Source of the DNA: an uncultured Eubacteriales bacterium
GTDB lineage: Bacteria; Bacillota; Peptococcia; Peptococcales; SKKY01
Assembly: GCA_964642925.1 (NCBI GenBank)
Contig: CAZXPJ010000006.1
Span: 9,166-73,165, forward strand
Length of the DNA stretch: 64,000 bases
Direction of reading: 5' to 3'
The notes under the pieces were generated by a model that had not been told where the DNA came from, made no database searches, and worked only from the letters and a program-made list of their open reading frames with translations. Position numbers and translations under genes: made by a program. Of this stretch, positions 45,771 to 55,229 are shown in pieces; positions within the stretch are counted from its first letter, which is position 1, and each line of letters starts with the position of its first letter.

Positions 45771-47098
45771 TATATTATTTCCTTCCCATTTAAAAGATAT
45801 GAATCATTTTTTTTATCTTGAAGATAAACATTATCATATTTTTTATTCTCACATTTCTCCTGATATTCTTTTAAAGCTTCGTCTAGACAACTAAGGCAAG
45901 TATATATTGGAATTGAAATACAATATGAATTTTTATCGTAACCACCACTATCTAAATATGAATGAATTCCAATCCAGCCTGGGCATTCATTACATTTTTT
46001 TACTTTTTCTATCTGACTTTCACTTAAATAATCTGTATCATAAAAAATTTGTTTTCTTCGAATATAAAACTTTTCTTTACCAAAAATTTTATCCTTGTTG
46101 TAGGTTTTTGAATCTGCCCATAATTTTTTAATAATTTGAATAAGTTCGTCCGTATATTTTAATACTTCTTTTGTTTCATTTATTAGTGATGGCTTTAATT
46201 CTGGTTCTATTACATTAGAATAGTCTTGCCCTGTTAATGCAAGAATAACAGCCATATTAACATAAGGTAAGGCTGACTCAACAGCATATCCACCTTCTAA
46301 CACTACCAAATCTGGATTTAGTTTTTCAGTTAGAAGACCATAACCTTTTGCAGTAAAACGCATATTAGCTAAGGGATCTGTGAAATGATTATCTTGACCT
46401 GCTGAATTAATGATTATTTCTGGTTGGAAATCTTCAAGAATAGGAAGTATTAATTGATCTATAATTCTATGAATACCGATATCTCCGGTTCCTGGTGTCA
46501 TAGGTATATTTATAGTTTTACCATAAGCATTAACCCCCCCTGCTTCTTCTATAAAACCAGATCCTGGATACAGAGTTCGTCCATCTTGATGAAAGGAAAT
46601 AAAAAGCACATCTGGATCATTATAAAAAATATCCTGGGTTCCATCTCCATGATGAACATCGGAATCTATAATTGCTACTTTCTTAATTCCATATGTTCTT
46701 CTTAAATATTCAATCATTATTGCTTCATTATTTATATTACAAAAACCTCTATTTCCGTATGTCACATGCATGGCATGATGACCTGGAGGTCTAACTAGAG
46801 AAAAAGCATTTTTTATATTTCCCTTCATGTATTCATCGGCCAGTAAGATACAAGATCCTGCAGCTATTAAATGCGGTGAAGTAACCACGCTTTGGTGATC
46901 TGGAATACAAAAATGGGCTCTTAATATATCTTTTACTTCAGCAAATTCTGCTTTATACTCTACAATATTTTCTAAATCTAAAAAGCCTTCTTCTTGAAGT
47001 TGGTCCTTGGTGTATAAAAGTCGTTCCTCTCTTTCCGGATGAGTTGGAGAAATTGACCAGTCAAAAGCCGGAAAAAATATTAATCCTGTTTTCTTCAT
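45770..47098 (-). CDS. Histone deacetylase-family (class II/AcuC/acetylpolyamine amidohydrolase-like) enzyme with a Cys-rich C-terminal extension
   Basis: All catalytic motifs are present: RPPGHHA, DSDVHHGDGTQ, SAGQDNHFTDPL and EGGY. There is an extra tail of about 140 aa with C369xxC372, C393 and C401xxC404. Confidence 0.8.
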   Translation of the reverse strand: MKKTGLIFFPAFDWSISPTHPEREERLLYTKDQLQEEGFLDLENIVEYKAEFAEVKDILRAHFCIPDHQSVVTSPHLIAAGSCILLADEYMKGNIKNAFSLVRPPGHHAMHVTYGNRGFCNINNEAIMIEYLRRTYGIKKVAIIDSDVHHGDGTQDIFYNDPDVLFISFHQDGRTLYPGSGFIEEAGGVNAYGKTINIPMTPGTGDIGIHRIIDQLILPILEDFQPEIIINSAGQDNHFTDPLANMRFTAKGYGLLTEKLNPDLVVLEGGYAVESALPYVNMAVILALTGQDYSNVIEPELKPSLINETKEVLKYTDELIQIIKKLWADSKTYNKDKIFGKEKFYIRRKQIFYDTDYLSESQIEKVKKCNECPGWIGIHSYLDSGGYDKNSYCISIPIYTCLSCLDEALKEYQEKCENKKYDNVYLQDKKNDSYLLNGKEII

Positions 47099-48738
47099 AA
47101 TTTTAATCCTCCTTGAATTCCTGGTTTTAACCCTATTTGTATTTCATGGATTTGCCCGCTTGTATAACTACTTCTAACTATACTAAATATTTCATGTTGA
47201 AATATTATTGGTTCCTCATAAACTCCATTATCTTGCAAGTGTTTCCTAGTAATTTCTAAAGCGTATTCTGCTGCCTCATCGGGGTGAATTCTTTTTTTAA
47301 AATCTTTATCTTCGTAAAAACCCCACCCTGAATTTGAATTACCTTCAGAAGTATTAATTCTTACATAAGATGAAAAACTGTTTTTTGCTAATGCAGCTCC
47401 TAAAGCATTTGCAGTCATAGCTCTTTCATCTACTACTACTGGAATATTAATACTGTTTTGAATATATTTACTTAATCCTTTTGCAGGTCCACCAATTAAG
47501 AATAATATTTCTGGATGAATTTTCATTTGATTCTCAATTTGCCATACTTTATATTTCGGTTCTCTTTCCCAATATGCGATAACTTCATCTAAACTATCTG
47601 AAATAATTCTTCCTGCTTGATTTAATATCTTTAGAGAAAGATCTCTGGGGGAAAGATTTAATTTTTCACCTTCTCTTTGTAAAGATGCAGAAGCAAGTTT
47701 TTTATCTCCAATGTCTATTTCATCTAAAAAACAGAGGCAGTCAGAAATAGTAAGATCTTTTCCCCCATTCATTGCTGGAATAGTTTTATTCTTAGTAAAA
47801 ATAAAACCTTCTGAATGAAATTTTATTTTTGTATCGCCACCTAAAGGAAGAGAATAAACACTAAGTCCACGAGCTGTAGTATAGAAATTGTTAATCTTAA
47901 TGCCTTTAGAAGCAAATAATGGTTCATTATTTAAGATCAAACTATAATCTGAAGTTGTACCACCAATATCAATGACTAAAGCTGAATCGATATCTCTCAT
48001 TAGAGAATAGGCTCCAAAAACACTAGCGGCAGGTCCTGAAAATATTGTTTCAATAGAATTTTCTTTTCCTTGCTCAATGGGTATAGCACCACCATCAGAT
48101 TTTAATATATAAATATTTTTAGCTACTGGGAAGACTGCTTGTAAGGATTTTAAAAAATTATCAAAAATATCTACAGAAGCTATTTTCAAACCTGAACTAA
48201 CAGATCTTCTTATAAAATTAAGATTTCCTGTTAAATCTATTCCTTTTTCTAGCTTTATATTTGGATACTTTTTTTTAATTAATTTATAAATATTATTTTC
48301 TAAAAGGGGGTTTCTAGGGGAGAATTTGCAATTTATGCTTATTTTATCTATTCCATCTCTATTAAAATCATTTACTTTTTGTAAAACTTCTTTTTCATCA
48401 AAGTTTTCAATTATTCTTCCTTGAAAATCCACTCCTCCCCTTACAATTTTATAAGGAAATGGAAATATTTCTTCAGAATATTTCATTCCTGGACCTGGCA
48501 CAAGTAGTAAGCCTACTTTTTCATATTTTTCTTCTACAATGAAGTTTGTCATTAAAGTAGTACTAACAATAACTTTCTCCAAATCCTTTTCTTTTATATC
48601 TAATTTTGTTTTAATTTGCGTTATTGATTCTATTAGATCTTCAGAATTTGTTTTTACTTTAATTTCTTTTACTATTTTGTTCTTAGAGATTAAAACACCA
48701 TCAGAGTACGTACCACCTACATCAATACCTAGAATCAT
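47095..48738 (-). CDS. Hydantoinase A/oxoprolinase-family (ASKHA-fold) ATPase
   Basis: ILGIDVGGTYSDGV N-terminal phosphate loop and a second IDIGGTTSD loop; 547 aa. No HyuB partner is present. Confidence 0.75.
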   Translation of the reverse strand: MILGIDVGGTYSDGVLISKNKIVKEIKVKTNSEDLIESITQIKTKLDIKEKDLEKVIVSTTLMTNFIVEEKYEKVGLLLVPGPGMKYSEEIFPFPYKIVRGGVDFQGRIIENFDEKEVLQKVNDFNRDGIDKISINCKFSPRNPLLENNIYKLIKKKYPNIKLEKGIDLTGNLNFIRRSVSSGLKIASVDIFDNFLKSLQAVFPVAKNIYILKSDGGAIPIEQGKENSIETIFSGPAASVFGAYSLMRDIDSALVIDIGGTTSDYSLILNNEPLFASKGIKINNFYTTARGLSVYSLPLGGDTKIKFHSEGFIFTKNKTIPAMNGGKDLTISDCLCFLDEIDIGDKKLASASLQREGEKLNLSPRDLSLKILNQAGRIISDSLDEVIAYWEREPKYKVWQIENQMKIHPEILFLIGGPAKGLSKYIQNSINIPVVVDERAMTANALGAALAKNSFSSYVRINTSEGNSNSGWGFYEDKDFKKRIHPDEAAEYALEITRKHLQDNGVYEEPIIFQHEIFSIVRSSYTSGQIHEIQIGLKPGIQGGLKL

Positions 48739-48741
48739 GTC

Positions 48742-51348
48742 CTAATCCTCCTTTTCAATTTTCTCTTTTAAAGAAGCTAATATTTTTAGAGCTTCTAAGG
48801 GTGTTAAACTATTTATATCTAAATTGGATATATCTTTAATTATAATATTTTCTTCTTTTTCAGTTTTTTCTTCCAAAAAATCTTTATCAGATAATAAGTT
48901 TTCTAAAGATATTTGGCGATAATTATTTGTATCTTTTTCTAATTCCAATAGGATCTTTTTTGCTTGTTTTATTATTCCTCTGGGGATACCTGCTAGTTCT
49001 GCTACTTGAATACCATAGCTTCTATTAGCTTTCCCATAAGTTATTTCATGAAGAAAAACTATTTTTGACTTTTCTTCTTCTACTTTAACATTTAAATTTT
49101 TTATATTATTATATTTACTTTCCAATTCTGTTAATTCATGATAATGAGTTGCAAATAATGTTTTTGCTTTTACTTTTTGACTTAAATACTCCGTTAGAGC
49201 CCAGGCTAATGCTAATCCATCGTAAGTGCTTGTTCCTCTTCCTACTTCATCTAAAATTATTAAACTTTTTTCAGTAGCATTGTTTATAATATTTGATACT
49301 TCATTCATTTCTACCATAAAAGTACTTTGTCCTGTAGTTAGGTCATCATTAGCTCCAATTCTTGCAAAAATTCTATCAAATACAGGTAACTCCGAATACT
49401 TAGCTGGTACAAAAGAACCTATTTGAGCTAATATTGCAGCAATTGCTATACTACGGCAATATGTACTTTTACCACCCATATTAGGTCCTGTTATTAAAAG
49501 AAAATTATGACTATCCTGGTTCATAAATGCGTCATTAGGTATAAACCATTCACCCACAAGGCTTTTTTCAACTACAGGATGCCTAAGGGCTTCAATAGAT
49601 AACCTATCTTTATTATTCATTATAGGACATGTAAAATTGTTTTTTTGAGCAGCAAAAGCTAGTGAAATATAAACATCTAATTTAGATAATACTTCAGAGC
49701 TTGTAATTATTCTTTGTGAATAGATTTCTTTTATTTTCTTCCTAATTTCTGAAAACAACTGGTATTCTAATTTTTTAATTTTATCATCTGCACCTATAAC
49801 TTTAGCTTCCATTTCTTTCAATTCAGGTGTTATATATCTCTCTGCATTAGCTAAAGTCTGTTTTCTTATAAAATAATCAGGTGCTTGACCAATATTAGAT
49901 TTAGTGATTTCAAGATAATAACCAAATACTTTATTAAATCCAACTTTAAGATTTTTAATACCAGTTTTTTCTTTTTCACTATTTTCAAGATTAGATATCC
50001 ATTTTTTACCATTTAAGGTAATTTCTCTTAATTCATCTAACTCTTGATTAAAAGATGATTTTATAATATTTCCTTCTCTCAAAGTAAAAGGAGGATCATC
50101 AACAATGCTTTTTTCAAGGAGACTAGTAAGTTCTTCTAAAGAATTTAAATTATCACCTAAGGTTAAAAGTATTTGAGACTTAGAATTAAATAATGTTTCT
50201 TTAATAAGGGGAATAACTTTTAGAGAATTATTTAAAGCTATTAAATCTCTTGCATTTGCACTCTCAAAAGTTATTCTTGCTACAATTCTCTCAAGATCAT
50301 AAATTTCTTCTAAAAGAGATCTTATTTCTACAGTAATATCAAAGTTTTTAAAAAATGTTTTTGTATATGTAAGTCTTAAGTTGATTTTTTCAATATCTGT
50401 TAAGGGTTGAGAAATCCAAGATTTTAATTTTCGAGACCCCATTGCTGTTTTTGTATAATCAATAACATGTAGTAAAGATGCGTCTTTTTTATTAATATTG
50501 TTTGATTCAAAGATTTCTAAATTTTTTCTAGTTGGATAATCAAGAATCATTTTGTCTTTAGGTTGATAATAGTTTATTCGGAAAAGATTAGAAAGGGTGT
50601 TTTTTTGATTATATTTTAAATAGTCAAGGGCTGCACCTGATGCGGTTATTGCATTAGAGAATTCAGCTAAACCGATACTAGTTAAAGATTGTATGTTTAA
50701 ATGATTTAAAATCCATTTTTCTGCGAATTCAAAATTAAAAGCGTAATCAAAATGAGAATTAACTGTATATTTAATATTTTTATTATTCATTAATGTAATA
50801 AAATAATCTTTTTCTTTCTCTGATACAATAATTTCTGAAGGATTATACTTGGTTATTTCATTAAAAAGTTCTTTTTCACTTATTACTTCTGTGGTATAAA
50901 ATTCTCCTGTAGAAATATCTACTGCAGCAAGGCCAAAAGTATTTTTTCTACTTTTATGAATAGCGATTAAAAAATTATTACTAAAATCATCTAGTAAAGT
51001 ACCATCTATGAGCGTTCCTGGAGTTATTATTCTTACAACTTCTCTTTTTACTATCCCCTTAGCTAAGGCTGGGTCTTCTGTTTGTTCGCAAATTGCTACT
51101 TTATAATTCTTTTGTATAAGTGTTGCTATATAATTTTCAGCAGAATGGTAGGGAATGCCACACATAGGTATTTTATTACCAGCACCTGCATCCCTGGCAG
51201 TAAGAACTATTTCTAGTTCTTTCGAAGCTAAAAGGGCATCATCACCAAACATTTCGTAAAAATCTCCCATTCGAAAGAATAAAATACAATCCATATGAAG
51301 GTCTTTTATCTCTTTATATTGCCGGAGCATAGGTGTATTAGAAAACAT
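48742..51348 (-). CDS. mutS: DNA mismatch repair protein MutS
   Basis: TPMLRQYKEIK N-terminus, mismatch-binding GDFYEMF, Walker A GPNMGGKST and DEVGRGTSTYDG. GGAGGT SD before the ATG at 51348. Confidence 0.95.
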   Translation of the reverse strand: MFSNTPMLRQYKEIKDLHMDCILFFRMGDFYEMFGDDALLASKELEIVLTARDAGAGNKIPMCGIPYHSAENYIATLIQKNYKVAICEQTEDPALAKGIVKREVVRIITPGTLIDGTLLDDFSNNFLIAIHKSRKNTFGLAAVDISTGEFYTTEVISEKELFNEITKYNPSEIIVSEKEKDYFITLMNNKNIKYTVNSHFDYAFNFEFAEKWILNHLNIQSLTSIGLAEFSNAITASGAALDYLKYNQKNTLSNLFRINYYQPKDKMILDYPTRKNLEIFESNNINKKDASLLHVIDYTKTAMGSRKLKSWISQPLTDIEKINLRLTYTKTFFKNFDITVEIRSLLEEIYDLERIVARITFESANARDLIALNNSLKVIPLIKETLFNSKSQILLTLGDNLNSLEELTSLLEKSIVDDPPFTLREGNIIKSSFNQELDELREITLNGKKWISNLENSEKEKTGIKNLKVGFNKVFGYYLEITKSNIGQAPDYFIRKQTLANAERYITPELKEMEAKVIGADDKIKKLEYQLFSEIRKKIKEIYSQRIITSSEVLSKLDVYISLAFAAQKNNFTCPIMNNKDRLSIEALRHPVVEKSLVGEWFIPNDAFMNQDSHNFLLITGPNMGGKSTYCRSIAIAAILAQIGSFVPAKYSELPVFDRIFARIGANDDLTTGQSTFMVEMNEVSNIINNATEKSLIILDEVGRGTSTYDGLALAWALTEYLSQKVKAKTLFATHYHELTELESKYNNIKNLNVKVEEEKSKIVFLHEITYGKANRSYGIQVAELAGIPRGIIKQAKKILLELEKDTNNYRQISLENLLSDKDFLEEKTEKEENIIIKDISNLDINSLTPLEALKILASLKEKIEKED

Positions 51349-51404
51349 AATTACCTCCAAATTTATTTCAAAAAAGACCAGCAAAAGCTGGCTTTTAGAA
51401 TAGA

Positions 51405-51728
51405 TTAATTATTTATACCTTGATTAATTATCTTATTAATAATCTGTAATATTTCTTTTATTTCAGCCTCACTGGCAAGATAATTTCTTACTTCTGGACT
51501 ATCTCCTAACATTTTTTCTAATTCTTCGATTTCTTCTCTTTGTTCTTCTTCTAAATTTTCAAAGGATATTTCTGCATCATCAAGACTCTCTAATAAATTC
51601 ATATAATATTCTAAATCATGTTCTAAGGATGGTTTTCCCGATAAGATTTTTTTTGCATCTTTATATTTTTGCAGTTCATCTGATTGTTTTATTAAATTAG
51701 ATAATTCTATAGCTTTTTCTAATATCAT
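51405..51728 (-). CDS. ymcA: YlbF/YmcA (Ric) family protein
   Basis: 107-aa helical acidic protein located directly after miaB, as ymcA is in B. subtilis. ATGA overlap with miaB. Confidence 0.6.
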   Translation of the reverse strand: MILEKAIELSNLIKQSDELQKYKDAKKILSGKPSLEHDLEYYMNLLESLDDAEISFENLEEEQREEIEELEKMLGDSPEVRNYLASEAEIKEILQIINKIINQGINN

Positions 51729-53056
51729 AATTCTTCCTCCTGGACAATTTGACCTTTTAACTGTTTGCTTACATCATTTATTTTTACTTTTACAATTTGA
51801 CCTATTGTGTCTTCTGGTCCTTCAATTATAACACTTCTGTATCCAGAAGTTTTTCCAAATAATTTATTTGAGCTACGACTTTTATTTTCTACCAAACAAT
51901 CTATAATTTTATTTTCAAATTGTTTATTATAAATTAACTCATGTTCTAGTATTATTTCATTGAGTAAATGTATTCTTCTTTTTTTATCTTTTAGTAAAAC
52001 TTGATCTTTAAATTCTATTGCTGGTGTACCTTTCCTGGGTGAATAAATAAATGCAAAGGCAGAAGCAAACTTAACTTCATTTAATAAATTTACAGTATCT
52101 TGAAAATCTTCTTCTGTTTCTCCAGGGAAGCCTACTATTATATCTGTAGTAATTGCAGCATTTGGTCTGACTTCTCTTATTTTTTTGATTAAATCTAAAT
52201 AAAACTCTCTAGTGTAGCCACGATTCATTCTTTTTAATATTTTATTACTTCCTGATTGTACTGGTAGATGAAAGTGATCAGTTACTTTTTCACTTTCTCC
52301 TATAGCTTTAATTAAGTCATCACTAAAATCTCTAGGATGAGAAGTCATATAACGAATTCGTTCTAAATTATCTATTTTATTTAAATCTCTTATTAATTCA
52401 GGAAAATAATAAAAATTATCAGTAAAATCTTTTCCATAAGAATTAACATTTTGCCCAATAAGCATTACCTCTTTGACCCCTTGATTTGCTTTTCTTTTGA
52501 TCTCATTAATAATATCTTCGGGCTTACGACTTCTTTCGCGACCTCTTACAAAAGGAACTATACAATAGGTGCAAAAATTATTGCAACCATAAATAATATT
52601 TACTAAGGATTTAAATGGATATGCTTGATGATCTGTTATACCCTCAACAATTTTTCCTTCTTTATCCCATACTCTTATTTGTTGACCTTCTTTTTGCAGA
52701 ACTTTATTTAACATTTCGGATAATTCATGAAGATTATGGGTACCTAAAATTAAGTCCACATGGTTAAGAGTTGAGGCTATTTTTTTTGCTTTACCTTCTT
52801 GTTGACTTAAACAACCTGCCACACCTATAATTAAATCCGGATTTTTAATTTTATTTTTTCTTAATTTACCTATAAAACTCAATGCTTTATTTTCAGCTTT
52901 TTCTCTGATGGTACATGTATTTAAGAAGATAATATCTGCATCATCAATATTATCAGTAAATTTATAACCCATACCTTCGAGAATACCCGCAATATATTCG
53001 CTATCTCTTTCATTCATTTGACACCCGAAAGTAATAATATGATACTTAGACAACAT
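51725..53056 (-). CDS. miaB: tRNA-2-methylthio-N6-dimethylallyladenosine synthase
   Basis: N-terminal FGCQMNERDSE, radical-SAM CNNFCTYC and a C-terminal TRAM domain. Confidence 0.93.
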   Translation of the reverse strand: MLSKYHIITFGCQMNERDSEYIAGILEGMGYKFTDNIDDADIIFLNTCTIREKAENKALSFIGKLRKNKIKNPDLIIGVAGCLSQQEGKAKKIASTLNHVDLILGTHNLHELSEMLNKVLQKEGQQIRVWDKEGKIVEGITDHQAYPFKSLVNIIYGCNNFCTYCIVPFVRGRERSRKPEDIINEIKRKANQGVKEVMLIGQNVNSYGKDFTDNFYYFPELIRDLNKIDNLERIRYMTSHPRDFSDDLIKAIGESEKVTDHFHLPVQSGSNKILKRMNRGYTREFYLDLIKKIREVRPNAAITTDIIVGFPGETEEDFQDTVNLLNEVKFASAFAFIYSPRKGTPAIEFKDQVLLKDKKRRIHLLNEIILEHELIYNKQFENKIIDCLVENKSRSSNKLFGKTSGYRSVIIEGPEDTIGQIVKVKINDVSKQLKGQIVQEEEL

Positions 53057-53105
53057 AATTCCCCCATTTATTTAAATCCTGTATTAATTATATTTTACAA
53101 TAAAT

Positions 53106-53137
53106 AAGCCGTATTTCCAAATATAGAAACACGGCTT
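53106..53137 (-). terminator. Terminator after the stress-protein operon
   Basis: Stem AAGCCGT...ACGGCTT extended by TTTC/GAAA. On the minus strand it is followed by a T-rich tract. Confidence 0.6.
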
Positions 53138-53146
53138 ACTAAAATT

Positions 53147-53575
53147 TTATCTCTTACGCCGAACAAAAATTCCTAAAACTGACTCTACTGTTTTAGTTAA
53201 AAGCCCAACATATGATGCTAATTCTTCTACATTTCTTCTAACTGCATTAAGGGATTGATCTACATTGTCTTTTACACTTTCTGCTGAACCTTTTATATTT
53301 TTCTCTACAACACCAAGGGTTCGATCCGCTCTTTGAAAACCACCTTTAACTAAGCTACTCATACTGTTAATATCTTTAGTTATAGAATCAATATTATTTG
53401 TTATTGATGAAACACTTTCTAAAGTTATTTGTAGACTTTTTTCATTATTAATAGTAATCCTTTTGGCTTCCTTAAGAAGTTCGTTGATATTTTTCAAAGT
53501 AATAATCAGATAAATAACAAGAGCTGCTAATAAAGCAAAAAGAATAAAATAACCAAGATCTATTATAGAAATCAT
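53147..53575 (-). CDS. DUF948 (YtxG-like) general stress protein
   Basis: N-terminal TM helix followed by repetitive helical segments (ITNNIDSITKDINS). Confidence 0.65.
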   Translation of the reverse strand: MISIIDLGYFILFALLAALVIYLIITLKNINELLKEAKRITINNEKSLQITLESVSSITNNIDSITKDINSMSSLVKGGFQRADRTLGVVEKNIKGSAESVKDNVDQSLNAVRRNVEELASYVGLLTKTVESVLGIFVRRKR

Positions 53576-53593
53576 TATTTTCTCAACTCCATT

Positions 53594-54112
53594 TTATTTA
53601 CTGATTTTACTTTCTATATCTTTTTTAGTGTTTTCTACTACATCTTTTGCATCTTCAACTACCTCTTTTGTTTTAGCCTTTGCATAATCAACTTTTTCTT
53701 TTGCATCTTCTTTAAATTCTTTTCCTTTGCCTTCAAGCTCTTCTAATTCTTCAAGTATTTCTTCTTCAATATCTTCATATGATGATGTTAAATTTTCTTT
53801 AAATTCAATAGATTTTTCCTTTAAATCTGCAGCTATTTCTTCAGTTCTATGTTTAATTTCTTCTGCAGTTAACATAGCAGATTCCCTTACCTCTTGAGCT
53901 GTATCTTTTGCATATTCATAAGTTTCTTTACTTTTTTGAGCTATTTCTTTTCTCATTTCCACACCTGTCTTTGGAGCAAATAATAATCCTGCCAAAGCAC
54001 CAGCTGCTATTCCAATAATTGCACCCCACGCAGCACTAGCAGCTTGATCTCTTTGAGCCTTACTTTGATAATATTCTTCTAATTCTCTTCTTTTCCTGTC
54101 AGTATAAAACAT
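53594..54112 (-). CDS. YtxH-like protein
   Basis: Gly-zipper helix GAIIGIAAGALAGLLFAPKTG followed by a long charged helix. Confidence 0.7.
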   Translation of the reverse strand: MFYTDRKRRELEEYYQSKAQRDQAASAAWGAIIGIAAGALAGLLFAPKTGVEMRKEIAQKSKETYEYAKDTAQEVRESAMLTAEEIKHRTEEIAADLKEKSIEFKENLTSSYEDIEEEILEELEELEGKGKEFKEDAKEKVDYAKAKTKEVVEDAKDVVENTKKDIESKISK

Positions 54113-54134
54113 AATTTCTGCCTCCTTGTTTTTT

Positions 54135-54554
54135 TTAATCTAATGTGTTTCCAATATCTCTAATGCTTCTCCAAACTAGATATTTATCTATATCCGTTTG
54201 TAACTGTCTAAAGGTATAAGATATTACAGCCATATCATCAATATATCCTAGTCCAACTATAAAATCCGGAATTATATCAAAAGGTGTTAAGAAATATATA
54301 ATTGATGCTAAAATCATAATAATTGATCCTAAGGGTACATTCTTATAATTACCCTTTAACCAATCTGTAAGTAAATCAAAAAAAATAAGAATGCTTCCCC
54401 AAACCTCTTCAACCGGACCTTTACTTATTTTATTAACTTTTTCCATAGCATCATCTATCAATTTTTTTGTCTTTTCCGTGTTGCTGATTATTTTCTCGGC
54501 TTTTTTTTCAAAGGTTTCATAATAATCTTCTTTATATTTCTTTTCAAAATCCAT
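54135..54554 (-). CDS. YkvA/DUF1232 membrane protein
   Basis: Motif PFDIIPDFIVGLGYIDD. Confidence 0.75.
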   Translation of the reverse strand: MDFEKKYKEDYYETFEKKAEKIISNTEKTKKLIDDAMEKVNKISKGPVEEVWGSILIFFDLLTDWLKGNYKNVPLGSIIMILASIIYFLTPFDIIPDFIVGLGYIDDMAVISYTFRQLQTDIDKYLVWRSIRDIGNTLD

Positions 54555-54617
54555 CTTATACCTCCTTATATGTACTTACCCACAATGAGTGATTAATAAT
54601 CAATCTAGTCAAATTTT

Positions 54618-55229
54618 TTAAAAATATTTTAAATGACCAGCTTCATTAAAAGTTGTAAGCAATAATTTATTATCAAGTTCTTCAAGAATTGTTATTCCTG
54701 TATTGGAAGAAATAAACTTCCATAAATCGTCCAAACCTATTTTTAGTATGTGACAAACTATAACACTAATCAAACCACCATGAGTTACAATTAAAACATT
54801 TTTACCCTTATTTAAATCATAAATTTCATGAAGTACTTTTATTGCTCTTTCTTGAAGATCTCGAAAGTTTTCGCCGTTAGGTGGTCTCATATCAGCTGGC
54901 TTAGCTAACCATTCATCACTTAATTCAGGATAGTGACTAACTATTTCTTCGAATGTAAATCCTTCCCAATCTCCAAAGTTTATTTCTTTAAGACAATCCC
55001 TTATATGAATTTTTTGTTTAAAATTTTCATTAACAATTTCTGCCGTTTCTAAGGATCTTTTTAAAGGACTTGAATAGATCATATCAATTTTTTCAAAGGA
55101 TAATCTCTTTGCTAATTTTCTTGCTTCTTCAATTCCTTGAGGATTTAAATTAATATCACTAAAACCTTGATATTTTTTTTCTTCATTCCAAAAAGTATAT
55201 CCATGTCTTACTAAAATTAATCTAGTCAT
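54618..55229 (-). CDS. cobC: Alpha-ribazole phosphatase (histidine phosphatase family)
   Basis: LVRHGYT catalytic motif and THGG. It is the last gene of the cob cluster. Confidence 0.8.
   Translation of the reverse strand: MTRLILVRHGYTFWNEEKKYQGFSDINLNPQGIEEARKLAKRLSFEKIDMIYSSPLKRSLETAEIVNENFKQKIHIRDCLKEINFGDWEGFTFEEIVSHYPELSDEWLAKPADMRPPNGENFRDLQERAIKVLHEIYDLNKGKNVLIVTHGGLISVIVCHILKIGLDDLWKFISSNTGITILEELDNKLLLTTFNEAGHLKYF

Noticed and set aside
54576-54581. Sigma-B-like -10 (GGGTAA on the minus strand) upstream of the DUF1232/ytxH/ytxG-like genes.
   Set aside because: The matching -35 (GTTTAA) is absent; the best candidate is GATTAT. Sigma-B is not expected in most clostridial lineages, so this is a chance match until shown otherwise.
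54555-54617. Cobalamin riboswitch or terminator between cobC and the stress operon.
   Set aside because: The cob genes are transcribed toward this gap, so a riboswitch would lie beyond 64000. No B12-box-like sequence or convincing hairpin is present here.
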